Source of the DNA: Perna viridis
Taxonomy: Eukaryota
Assembly (NCBI GenBank): GCA_037379345.1
Contig: CM074514.1
Coordinates: forward strand, 27,032,001 to 27,096,000
Length of the DNA stretch: 64,000 bases
Reading direction: 5' to 3'
Shown: in pieces, positions 11,701 through 24,085 of the stretch
Position numbering within the stretch: the first letter of the stretch is position 1
How the letters are laid out: the number at the start of each line of letters is the position of its first letter
The notes under the pieces: generated by a model
The model's database searches: none
Told to the model about the DNA's origin: nothing
The model's input: the letters and a program-made list of their open reading frames with translations, nothing else
Translations under genes and position numbers: made by a program

Positions 11701-14700
11701 CTTTAAAGTATTTCTATCACCACCTTTAGAACAACCAAGGTTAAAATGTGAAATGTCCATATTTATATATTCATTTACATGTATAGTTATTTTATAACTA
11801 CAAGTAGTTCTCAGATGATGCCTTTGCACGCCAACATGACAGGAAGACAACAACAGAACCTTTGATACCGCCTTATGGTCAGCCACCCATCACCGAAACA
11901 GCGAACGAATACCCATTCTGGTTCCTGTCAAGCAGATCAACACACGTTTTCTTACGGGAGCGTATTGGGGGCAGGGTATTTCTTTTCTTAATTTGTTATA
12001 TCAAATTATTTATTCGTTATATCAAATTGTTAATTTGTTATATCAAATTACTAACTTGTTATATCAAATTATTAACTATAAATTAAAAGCTGTACTCTTT
12101 TACAGAATCTGTTTAAGATTCTTTAATGGCTTCTCTGACGGACAAGATTTTTGGCCTTCCCGTATCAGACCTACAAGTTGGGCTAGCAAAACACCCTAAG
12201 CTAACTCAAGTCAATGTTCAAGTTACTGAAGGAAAACGTTCTATGTTTTCTGGTTCTTCCTCCGATCTCTCAGCTCCTCAGGAGAGGAAAGAGGGTAAGA
12301 CAGGTCATACTTCCAATCTCGCCACAACCAAGTCTGGTAAGATATCCGGGAATGGTAGTTTGGTCTTTGCCCTTCAGTAATCGGCGAAATTCTCGTGAGA
12401 GGAAGGCCTTTAAAAACTATTTCTCCATTAATTCCAGTAGGAGGAAGACTAACTAATAATTTCAAATAAAAACGTAAGAAGTACTCAAGATTCTTGTGTA
12501 TTGTCAGTACAGGCGGGTGACTCTTACTACAGTTTCGTATTCGTACTCCTCTTCTATCAGTGACTCCTATCTCTTTACTCAAGCGAAAAAAATTCACTTC
12601 TTTCGGAGGAAGTTTTATCCATGCTTTTGAAAAATGAAAGTTATTCAGGATATCTGTCAGATTTTCAGGGTTTTACTATAGACTTTTACTCGTACCGAAG
12701 TAAACTGATGTCTTTCATCCAGTAATATCTTTTCTAAACATTTCTTTAGTCACTTCTCAATTCACTCCGCACAAGTGTGAATAACGTTTGACACGTGTCG
12801 CGTTGCTGCATTTTTGTAAGCAATTCGGAGTATGTCCGTTCATATATCACTGGAGAAATTCCTCTGATACACCTCTTCAGTCACGACCGGACAATTTTCA
12901 CAAATTTCTGGGATTCACTTGCATAGTTCCCCTTGGACGCCCACATATAAGCGCTCTTCAAAATTATCTGCTGGTATAGTGGACCACAGCCTCTGGGTTT
13001 TACCAGTTTACTCTCTTTCCTACCCATCTTCTATGGTGGTGTTCGTAGGAAAATGTTCTTCAGGGGTTCTTCCCCTCCTTTAATAACTCTTTATACATAT
13101 GCCTCATGTCTGGGTTATGGTACTTTTGCTCAAGGGAAAAACCTTTTTTCGGGCATGAGGCCTCCTGCTCAAAGCAGAAACACATTAAACTGTAGGAGTT
13201 AAGGGCAGCACTCCTTGCTTTATTTCATTTCAAGGAGGAACCGACTCAAAATTCTGTGATTGTAGCGACTGAAAACTCAGTTCTTACTGCTCCACCTTGG
13301 ACAAGAGAGGCCTGTATGACAGATCTTCTACAAATGTCTTGCGAAAATCCACTTCTTTTTCCGCTGCGTCCAAATGTGTTGTCTCAGTTTAAAGGAATAA
13401 TTCTATATCCCCATTCTGAAAACTTACATGTTCAAGCATAATTTCTTTCCGGAGAGGTATCCGTCAGAAAAACTTTTCTGAGGTAGCTTCCATGCACATT
13501 CATAAAGCAGTCTACAGAGACCTTCTATGATGCCACGTGGGCAACCTTCAGTGATTTGTTTTCAAGACGAAAAAAATGATCTAATCATTTTCTCGTTACA
13601 TCAATGAGCAGTTTTACTATTTTCTCTTTTCGAAGAAAACAATCTGGTTCATCCCACTACTAAGGGTTATAAATCTGCTATTTGTAGAACCCACATTATA
13701 TCAGGAGGACCTGATTTCTTAAACAATGGCTATTAAGATTATGTTATGAGAAATTTTTTATACTGAAAGAAATAGCCAGAGAAAAACTTATTCCACAGTA
13801 GAATTTTGGTTCTTAACAGACTCCAGCTCGCTCAAATGTTTATACCCAAACTCTAAATTGTTTTTTTTTCTTGTTATGGAAGGTGTTCAGAATAGCTCAG
13901 CTAAATCTACTTCTGGGTAGCTAGTTAACACCATTCACTTGCCTTATAAAGTGTATGGCAATCATATCTATTCATCTAATATTGTTTAAACTCACGAAGT
14001 AAGATTATTACCCTCTTCTTAGACTGCTCAATACTGCTTTAATCAAGTTGTTTTAGCCTGCCGGTGCACCTGATCCATTCTCAAAGTTTTGAGTGGAGTC
14101 CGGGTTGCTCATTTACTTATTTTTCTCTCGTTATTCCATGTTTTTTTTTTCGTTGTTTTGTGAGTCTGATTTCCCTGTGTAGTCTTTATTCTTGGAATAT
14201 ATGTTTTTAATTTCCGCTCGAAACTTGGTTACCTTATTACTCCTTTATCTGCAGCTTTTGTGTTGTTAGAATTCGTTTACTGATTCTTACATGTATTGTT
14301 GTATCGCATACTGACAACCTTTTTTACTCTTTGGTACCTATAATAGCTGGTCAACGAATTGATTTCCGCAAATTGCTCAGTTTAAGGAGATTCTGTTATA
14401 CGCTATATTCTGATTTTCTCACTTTGAAAGATTATATAACTTTTACTAACCACTATAAATTGTAAGTCTCACCTCTACGTTTTCCAACCTTTCAATCAGT
14501 CTTTTTTGAGGAAATAGAATGCGAGTTCGTAAGCTTTTCCGGTCATGAGTGATTGACCATAGAGTGGTTTCAAAGGTCTTGTTGTCTCCCTTTCGTTTAG
14601 CCTTATAGATGGACCATCTCGAAGTAATAGTGGTACGTAATTAGTTTTACTTCAAAAAATTGAAATATCATCAGATTGTTTTTTCAAAGAAAAGAACGGA

Positions 14701-17700
14701 GGCCTTGAAGTATTGTACTACATAAAAACCAGGCATGGGGTGATTCATCATATCTTAAGATAATCAATGAAATTGTATAAATGCATTTGTTATGTCCTAA
14801 AAAAACAGCTCTTCCTATGTTCTTCGATTTGATACTTATCGTTAAATATTTTTTGATTGGTTAAAGTGTAAAAATTCTGGCGGGAAGTAGAAAAACATAA
14901 CCAAAATCAAACTGTTAATATCTCCAGTGGGCAACTCTCACTTCAACTTTTATTTTTGAATACAGTTTCTATGAGGCCTACTGAAAGAATTTCCAATAAA
15001 AATATAGGGGATCTCCTACATATCTAGAAATATATTTTACTGGTTATATGTAAAAATTCTGGGAGAAATTTCCCAATACTTTTTCTGTAGTAGAACATCA
15101 TAAAATTTTAAGTTTTAATATCTCCAGTGGACTATTTTTATATACACTTATATTTCCTAATAAAGTTTCTATGAGGCTACAGAACGATTTGCAATAAAAT
15201 AATATTTGGGATTTATAAATGCATGAATCACCCATTATAAGCCTCTGCTTATTTTAGGCAGGGCTGTACTTAAATAGCTTGCGTTGGATTTGTTTAAAAC
15301 TCACTCATATCAGACGCCATTGCAGTTAATACAAAATGATGGAACATATACAACATTTGTTACTGAATTACATTCACTGACACTTTACACATACATAAGA
15401 ATTCTGTAAAGATGTTTGGTGAAGTGAAGAAAGCAGAGAGATTGAAGAGAAATAGCCACCTTAGGTTGTATAGGAAAATAGGAATGGAAGGAAAATTTTG
15501 AAGTGTATTGCAATAACTTATTATGTCTCTCAATGCCATGGCAACCTCATTCTCCGCTATAAAGCATATTTTGGTTGTTCATGGGTGTATTGATATCATG
15601 TTAGCAAAAAAAAATCTGAATATTTTTAAATATAACAAAATATTTGGGTGCGACTGATACTTAAATGGACCTGTACTTAAAGGTATGTTATACATTAGTT
15701 TACCTCTAATATCAATGCCACCATCAGTATTCCTGATTTCAGATTGTGTTATTTTCACATCAGTGCTTTTTGATAGTACCATACCAAAAGACCCTGGAAT
15801 ACAAAAAAGACACAATGTCAATAATTTCAACAACGGTCATTTTCCAATAGAAAGTTCTTTTTGCATTTCGTTAAAAGGCATCAGTAAGAGGTTGCGTTCT
15901 ATTAGTTTTGATCCTCCTAAAAAGATTAATTGTCTAGAAACATTTGTTATGTCTTTTTTTAAAATCTATTGTTTGCAATACATATATAAGAAATATAACT
16001 GTTTTGCTTCAAATACCATTCTGATACATAAAATCATGTTCATTTCTGGGTCACGATTTCATCATTTTAGCTATTTCAGAAATCTGCTATGTTGTTAAAC
16101 GAAACGTAATGCAATGGTCTATTTACGCCTTGGATGGAAGCACTGATTAAGTAAAAGAATTTTCAGAACAATGTATAAACATTACAAATTATACTTATTA
16201 TGCTTATCACAAAAAAATAAAGAAAACTAAATCTCGTTTAAAATTTTAAATTAAAGAATATACACATTTGTATGTAAATTGTTCGGAAGCATCGGTACTT
16301 ATTTTCCGCTTTTATCAGTGGAACCTTTCAGAAGCGTCTTTACTCTAGGTTCGCTGGCACATTTCGGAAGAATCTGCAAGCTTATTCCATTGGCGCCTTT
16401 CGGGGACGTATGTAAATATTTGTTGTAGGGTCATCTGGAAGCGCGCGTACCTTTGATTTGCAGGAAAGCTATCGTTATAAAGATGATTCGGATCCACGTA
16501 TTATTCAACTCTACCAATACATGTAGATATAAAAGATAATGTCGTTTGTTTTACTTACCTAAATTCTGAATCCTCATTTTCGTAAAGGATATCTTATTAA
16601 TATCGTTGCCTAGAATACCAAAATGTCGACAGGTCTCCACTGTAAACGCTTCCAATACTATGTTAGAAGAGCCGTCAGTTATTCTAAAATTGAAAGAACA
16701 TAGATCAAATTTTATATGTTAAAAACACGAACTGCAAAGCGCAATATTTATGTGAATTTTGAAGCCCTTATTTAAGCTTTTCAGATTTTTAACGGCAAAG
16801 ATATTCTATTCAAGAAAACTCCGTCAGCTTTACTAAAAGGCGACTAAATAGTGCTCAGAACCCTAGCCGGAGGCTAGGGGGCTCTGCCCACAGAGCAACT
16901 GGGATGTGTGTCCCAGGTGGTGGAATGGGGTACCCCTGGCATGTTACATGCTGGGGTTGTCAGGCTATAATACGGAAAACCTGACCGCAAACCATAGTGG
17001 TGCACCGTGTTGGGAAAGATGCCACGTTCCTCGCACGTTAAAGAACCCTACTGTGGTATTCTCCCGGAGTAGGAACCATAGGGCTCCGCCAAAGGAGGCT
17101 AAATTGTCCGACCCTACCCACCTCTCCCTATTTCCAGCGGCAATCAAAATTTGTCGACCCCATTATCCTTGTGTCCCATCCATTTTTCATTTCATCATCA
17201 TCTCATGTTCATTTTATCATCAATTTCATGTTCATCGTCTGAATATAGCTGAAATATTGCTGCTCGGACGTTAAACCCCGACAAACAAATCAAACGTCAT
17301 AATAGCAACATGTAACAACTGGATTTATCTTATACTTACTGTATACAATTGTCGATGATAGATGCTTGAATAATATCGTTTTTGTTGTAACCGGCATTTT
17401 TCAATGGCCATACGTATAGGTTTTTCGTCTTTCTGTCAACGTAATATTCGCCCTAATTATAATAAAAAAGAATCTTCGCTTGATAAAGGTTTCGTAATTA
17501 ACTCTTGGTTTATGTACATAATTTTTATGTACTTGGGTAGCTCGAATGTGAAGGAATAGAACCAGGGACGTAATCTTGGCCATGGCGAATGAAGATGAAA
17601 AAAGTACGGCTATTAACATATTATTTTAGATAACATTTACATGTACACTATGTTACAGCTTCATTATTAAGTTACTCCCCGCCAAAAAAAAACAACAAAA

Positions 17701-20700
17701 AAACTTCAATAGTAACACTGAAGCAACACTGTGATGTAATTGTATGATGTTTTGAAGACTTACCGGTTGGTCTAGCTCGGACAATACATTGACAAACCTA
17801 AAGTAACCACCCTGTTTATGATAGTTACTGGATTTCGGGTCTTCACTGTTATAGTGACCTATAATAATGAAGTACGAGATTTAATTCTGCACGAGATGTC
17901 GGATGAGTGTAACGTTGAAATATTTACCAAGGTTCAAAACTTTTTGATACAGGGAAAACGCTTCAAATTAACAAACTAAATTACATACTTACTTCTTTTG
18001 AATAATTGAATAATTTTTAAAATTGCTTATGACCTGAATAAATACTTAGAGCATTAAATATCAACCTCTTCACTTTGCACCTAACTCGCCAAATGCACGT
18101 TATAAACACTAGAGCACTACTTCCTTGAGCTATGCTTTATATCAATGATATCATTATTATTCATGATTTCAGGAGACGAATTTATATAAGACTTTAAGTC
18201 TTTGTTTCTGAATCCTGTAGTTAATTTGCTAAAGTACATTTCATTCTATTGTTTTACTTAATAAATATGTTTAAACTAATTTTGTCGCCTTGTCCATCAA
18301 GTCTGCATGACATTTATTCTTAAATTCATGCTGATTCAATAACTTTTTTTTTCTTTTAAACCCAATATTTACATCTTTTTTTTTAAAGATTTAATACTGG
18401 AGAATTTCTAGATTTTAGTGTGCGATTCTACTCATTTGTGCAATTACTTTTCATGTTGCTAGTATTTTCTCTGTTTAATTTTACATTTTTGACTAAACCT
18501 CTTACAGTGCAAACTCAAAGCAAGTCTAAATCAGGCAAAAAAAACCAGGTCACTTTATACCAGGTTCTTTGCTTTTTCTGAACATATATACATGTATAAA
18601 CCAGGTACCTGTCTGAATGAAACACGTCATTATATTAAACAGATTTCACTACTTACCTTCCCTCAAACCATACATTGCTGGTTCAGATAGTGTTGCCTTT
18701 TTATCTCCTGGATTTAGACTTGTTACCTTATACGCCTTGTCAGCCCAGCTCCAATACCTATATTGTTTTATAAAAGTATGTCAACCAAATAAAACATCCG
18801 GGGGTTTGAATTATTTCTCTGGAAACTGAGAATAATGAAAAATAACAAATATACACCAACAATTGCAAGAGGCTGCATCGTTTAGTTTTACCAGAACCTG
18901 ACCGTTTCGGGGTCCAATACAATCGCAAATTCTTGAAGTTTTTTCTGGTTTGTGACAGATATTTCGAGCAATAGTGTAAGAGCAAGAACAAAGTAACTTT
19001 ACAAATTTTGAATCCGTTATCAAAGAATTATATTTGATTGTCCCTCTAGAAAATAGTAAAACGACCATAAATTTGTGTAAGTTGTCTAGTTGATGTAGAA
19101 AGTTTTACCATCAACTTTATAAGATTTATCATTTGATTCGTTACTTGTATCCTATGAAGTAGAATGTGTCCATGAACATTTAAAATGTCGCTTTGACAAA
19201 AATATTTTCCGTAGCAGGTGAAACAGGTTACCAAAAATAATTCTGACAATGTTTCTCAAACACAACAAGGTCCTATAAACACGACCTAACCTTCATGAAG
19301 ACCATGATTAACCACTAAATTGACTCGTGGCTTACCAAAAACCGTGCGCCCAAACGTCTTTTTCATTTTTCCACGTCTTAGGCGCATCTGAATCAAATTG
19401 AAATGTTTTCTTGTCCTTGGACGGTTTAAGAATGTTGATGTAGTGCTTAAAATAGATAAAACTATTAACTTAATAAGTATATGACATTCTTGTAAAGAAC
19501 AATATGATTTCCATTGGATAATATCCCCATTTAATCTTCGCTTTCGTCGGTTATAAAATCAGTCCCCCCCCAAAAAAAAAAAACCAAAAAAACAAACAAA
19601 ACAAAACAAAAAACAAATATACGAAACTTTGTTGTATTACTATATTATACAACTGTATGTATCTGAAACCCGAAAATATGGTTGCAAAATAAAAAATAGA
19701 TGATAAAAAAATGTAAAAGAGCCATAAATGTAAAGGTTCGTATTGTTTTTTTTTTTTTTTTTTATTTAATATATATAATAATGAATTCCGTGTGTAGCGA
19801 CTACCTTTTTGTTTCTGCCGAAGGTGACTCCAAAGGGAACCGGGTTATTGATGCAAAATACAATAGACACAAACATATTTTGCTCTCTTATTAAACTGGA
19901 GCGTATAACAGCCTTTTAAACCTCCGTTACAACCATTTACAGGTATCTCTCGAGTTGCAACATGCTCTTTATTTAAAGAGGGTACAAAATTCATTTCTAA
20001 ACTAGAAGAACGCAGACTTTATCCCACCATGGTTAAAGAAAAGCAGTAATCTAACATGCTAACCTCATTCGGATATCGAGCCAATGTCAGAGCTTCACTG
20101 TTTTCAAAAATTTCCAGAGGAGCAACACGCTTAGTATAGTATCCATAGCCGGACATTGTACCTAGATCTGTGATTCCAACGCTTGGCAGCGTCACTTGTA
20201 AAACCTAGATAAGAAATATATACAAATTTTAAAATGATACAAGGCACCCAGAACCAGGATGTTTATACAGGATTTATGATTAATTGTTTTATTCCTATTA
20301 CCGTTATCACAAGTAACAATTTTTTTTTCACAACACTGTCACTGTCAACATTATGTAAGAAGTATTTTTTCACATCACTGTCACTGTCAACATTACTTAA
20401 GAAGTATTTTTTCACACCATTGTCATTGTCAACATTACGTAAGAAGTATTTTTTTCACATCACTGTCACTGTCAACATTACTTAAGAAGTATTTTTTCAC
20501 ACCATTGTCATTGTCAACATTACGTAAGAAGTATTTTTTTCACACCACTGTCACTGTCAACATTACGTAAGAAGTATTTCTCACACCACTATCACTGTCA
20601 ACATTACGTAAGAAGTTTTTTTTCACACCACTGTCACTGTCAACATTACATAAGAAGTATTGTTTACCTTTGATTTTGAGGCAGATGGAATTCTTTGTAA

Positions 20701-23700
20701 GGCTCCTTTGTCGGTGACTTTTGTGAATTTGGTCGGATTAATCAACTTTCCTCCAACCTATAAAAAAAAACAATCGAAAGTTTTGTTTAATTCTTAAATT
20801 ATTTTCTTAATGTCAATTTATTTATTTAATAAGATTCTGCTAGTTACCAGCTTAAATCGAGGTATACTTTTAATAGCATACGTTTTGAATTACTAGTAGG
20901 AAGACTAATTCTCTCGCGATATATAAAACGGATTACTTAAGACATTTCTATATGTACGATTTTTAAATGTACGAGAGCCCAAAGAGCTATTTTCATTATT
21001 ACGCGTGACTTGCAAAAGTTCCGCGTTATAACAATTTTTTTTTATCATTTTACGAATATGAGCTCAATGGGCTTTCGTAGAAATGCATTGAATACAACAG
21101 TACATAAGTAACTGATTATTTTTCCCACAGATATTGTACATTGTCGTTTCATCTATATAATACTACTAAAAAGATCGAATACGTTTGTGATATGAGGTAT
21201 AAATGTAGTGTTGTGCATTTCCCAAATTTGTCTCTGAAACAATCTTTTTTTATACGGAAAACGCGATTTTTTGGGAAAATATCCCAATTCGGAGACCGTC
21301 ATTGGTCCGTGTGTTATAATACGCTGTCGTATGCTCAATCGGAACTACTCGGCCATTTCTGCTACACTAAAAAATAATCTCGGATGCAAAAAGGAGAACT
21401 TCTTCTTGAAAAAAAATGCCGAAATTGTAGTCATACGCGACTCAAAATAGTACGTTCCACCGGGTGGCACTAAAAAATTTGGTTAAATATCACTAGAAAT
21501 AAAGAACAATAACTAATGTCAAGAATTTGGCGCGAAGCGAGGAGCTAGGAAAAAAAGGTAATGGTAAAAAAAAAATCAACCAGTAAAACTATAAATTTAG
21601 AATCGGATCGGTAAAATTTCTGACAGATTCTTTTGCCTAGTGCCTCCGAGGTTTTTTTGTTGAAAGGCTGAAGAGTTCCGATTGTCGCATGCTCAATCGA
21701 CGAACTGTTTGGATCACGTATACATTGTTACACGAGTATTGTACGTTCATCATTTTCTTAATTATTAAACGACATCCACCATTTTTCTGAGGTCCAGACA
21801 CGGAGAGGCGTAGAACATGTCAAACTAAACCTTTGTGTAAACATCTGCGACCGAGGTCTGAACCGCTTCCCCTTTTTATGTGTGAACTAGCATGACTGGT
21901 AAACCCCCTACCCATTGTTCTGAATAAAATATTGAATAATTTAAAATTCACGAATTTATTATGCATCTTTTAACTGGGTGGAGCAGAACATAAAGAAAAT
22001 AAAGAGTGTTCAACCCAACTCCCCCTCCCTCCCACCCCACCCCAAAAGAACAAAAACAAAAACTACTGGATCATCAATCACAAACAAACAGGAAATGACA
22101 TTATAACACATCAACAAGTCCCAGTTTGGGGATTGACCACATATTAGTATATACATATAAAAGTGTGGTTATGGAGTGAATGTGCGTCTGCAAAAAAAAA
22201 AACTCACGCGATACATCGAAAATAACCGATATCAAGGAACAAGGCTTTAATGCTTTAACTATCGTTAACAATGAAAAAATACGTTAACACCCTCAAACCA
22301 GACCGAGAAGGCCCTCTATAACGTGCATATAAGCAGAATTCATGATAAAATAAAAATCAAGGTTACTCTCTTGCTGCCAACTGACCATAGAGTGAAAACT
22401 TGGGCGAAGCCTCAGGATAATCAGCTAACATTGTTTATTGCAACTGTGATTGATTGAGTTTGTTTTTTTCTCAACGGGCCATAACAACTTTTAAAGTCTT
22501 CTCTTTGCGTTTGTCGGTGTCGTCATCGTCGTCGTAAAACATCAGCTCCCATATCCCTGGGTCAAATTAAATCTGGGACCAATAAAAAGCTTCTTAGTCC
22601 CAGATTAAACCATTTTTCCAGGAAAGTATATTAGCATGAGTATGTGAAACTTTGCTTAGTGACGCACCATTTAAGTTCTGGGGAAGGAGGGCTTGGTTTT
22701 TTCTTTGATTGTTAAAAATATTTCGCTCCTGACTTTGGAGAAAAGATAATTAGGTTAAAAAAACGAGTAATGTGAATAAGGAAAGAAAAGAATAACTCGC
22801 TTACATGCGTTAGAAAGGTACATAGTTTTGCGCGCTGGGCGCTGGGTCAAAAAGAAAACCAAATCCCCTTGAAAGTTTAATGTTCAACTCCTCTTAAACC
22901 AACAAAGCAATTTGAACAAAACTGCACACCATTGATGTATGGTAGATGATCGCAGATCCTTTACAACAATCACTCATTTTGTTTGGATTCGTCAAATTAG
23001 TACTGTGTCCGCACTTTGCTCATCGACCGCGATTTTGCGGACATCCTTTAGTATTACTTTAAATCTATCGAATTTTAAAGGACAATTTGCTCGGATTACT
23101 TTTCCATATTTAAATGTGTGAGTTTTTTTCCAGAATTGTTGGTAATACTGACGAGTAATTAGGCAACGGTTGTATAGTGGCCTGAACATTTCTTAAAATA
23201 GTGTAAGAATACTTACCAAATGAACATCGTGCTGGCCATGCCTCTTGATGGCCAAAGTTCCCGAACCTTTGTTTGTTATGACTGCGGTCTTATCAAGCTC
23301 GAAGTAGCAAGGGGATTTACACGGAGAACATACCAGGTAAATAGTGGCATCTGTAATGAAATACACAAGCCGATGCTGAAGATAGAGAATTCAGTCATTT
23401 TTTTGGTTCAAATATTGATAAATCTTTTGGTCTTTGATAAACCGAAAGGTTGCTTTCTTTAAAACAAAATCAACGCAGAATTTTAAATTAATAAAAGTGA
23501 GAAAAAAAACCTTCTTTACGGCTTTATTCTTGATAACTTAATGGTGCAACAGTAATGCTTCAACAAAATATTTGGGGAATAGGTGGATTTAACCACTCCC
23601 CGATTTCTTCTTTGACAACCATCACTTCTTTTTTATCTGTTAATTTCAGTAAAAAGGCCAGTTTGGTGACTGTTTTTCTGTCAATTTATCAAAACAACAA

Positions 23701-24085
23701 AACAACAAAACATACCACAAGCAAAACTAACAAACAAACAAACCATTAATATTAAACATTACCTTTATTTTTACTGGTAAAACTTTCTGCAGCTGACAAA
23801 GCCTTGTAGACGCTTTGCAGAGGCGTTTTAGCCCCCTTACTGAAAAAAAAAACACAATAAACCAATAAAAAATGATACAACATTAAAGAATAACTAAATA
23901 TAAAAGAAAATGTGAATGAGACGTTCCAAACAAGGATACAAAATTATTATTTTACTTAAGAATGCTTACCCGTTATTTGTATCTTTACCACATGGACTTA
24001 CGAAAATAACGTTAGTGAGAACTGAACCTATTATATTGACATAAAACAAAGCCGCGATTATACAACGGACGTTCATTGCGTCCAT
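5756..24085 (-). CDS. Secreted right-handed parallel beta-helix protein (pectin-lyase-like fold, GH141-related bacterial-type family), 753 aa, 20 coding exons
   Basis: Exons read manually on -: 24085-23970, 23839-23763, 23350-23217, 20757-20668, 20204-20064, 19445-19336, 18757-18657, 17858-17764, 17452-17340, 16683-16559, 15793-15704, 11723-11551, 11115-11020, 10510-10382, 9247-9104, 8282-8198, 7243-7140, 6559-6409, 6087-6058, 5913-5756. All introns are GT-AG, phases match, and the total of 2262 nt has no internal stop. Signal-peptide-like start MDAMNVRCIIAALFYVNIIGSVLT. Motifs in order: IFVSPCGKDTNNG, LTLARYPN, VWAHGFWYWSWAD, NVLSELDQPGEYYVD, GGDRNTL, GNDFHFEYNHI, SDCGAFMSGRDWT, RGNLIKNNHI, VMLDD, GGRDN, DARG, PYKSQLWRSRYP. 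Confidence 0.92.
7619..7765. mobile_element. 147-bp foldback/MITE-like palindrome in an intron
   Basis: A 45-bp arm cacaggcgcttggggacaatttgtggtttctcggtatttttcgtc pairs with gacgaaaaataccgagaaaccacaaattgtccccaagcgcatgtg (1 mismatch). There is a second inner stem tttatagtgttcccttatg / cataagggaacattataaa. Confidence 0.75.
8609..8806 (-). mobile_element. 3' non-coding tail of a Penelope-like element (dispersed copy)
   Basis: Reverse complement of the sequence following the RT fragment at 50275-50485 (accggtgcacc...catgctcccag...gttgctcattt...ggttcccttgattactctt). Confidence 0.75.
11987..12075. repeat. 21-bp tandem repeat, ~4 copies
   Basis: Unit approximately ttaatttgttatatcaaatta. It produces the spurious ICYIKLL repeats in the ORF track. 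Confidence 0.85.
12090..14050 (+). mobile_element. Degenerate DIRS1-like tyrosine-recombinase retrotransposon in intron 11 of the beta-helix gene, antisense to it
   Basis: Broken motifs in DIRS order: RT remnants (~12690-12940), RNase H HIKL*ELRAALLALFHF...VIVATENS (~13180-13280), recombinase STETFYDATWATF (~13510), PTTKGYKSAI (~13655), THEVR (~13990). Many stops and deletions; boundaries approximate. Confidence 0.7.
14059..14245 (+). mobile_element. 3' tail of a Penelope-like element (more diverged copy)
   Basis: ccggtgcacctgatccattctc...gtggagtccgggttgctcattta...cttggttaccttattactc matches 50295-50485 and 8609-8806. Confidence 0.7.
14870..15215. repeat. Diverged tandem dimer, period ~200 bp
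   Basis: taatatctccagtgg at ~14916 and ~15116; agtttctatgaggc...caataaaa is repeated at the same spacing. Confidence 0.65.
16830..17295 (+). mobile_element. 5'-truncated SINE with Meta-like and Deu/Nin-like central domains (bivalve MD-SINE-like)
   Basis: aaaaggcgactaaa (Meta-like, ~16835), gcacgttaaagaaccc (Deu/Nin-like, ~17033), 3' end aatatagctgaaatattgct...gacgttaaac plus an (aaac/aatc) tail. A second copy lies inverted at 29459-29672. Confidence 0.7.
20320..20659. repeat. 42-bp minisatellite, 8 copies, intronic
   Basis: Unit ttttttcacaccactgtcactgtcaacattacgtaagaagta. Units are contiguous with no unique spacers. Confidence 0.95.

Noticed and set aside
20320-20659. CRISPR-like array
   Set aside because: The 42-bp units are head-to-tail with no unique spacers, there are no cas genes, and it lies in a eukaryotic intron.
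5756-24085. Bacterial contamination as the source of the beta-helix sequence
   Set aside because: The gene is split by 19 spliceosomal introns containing host transposons.
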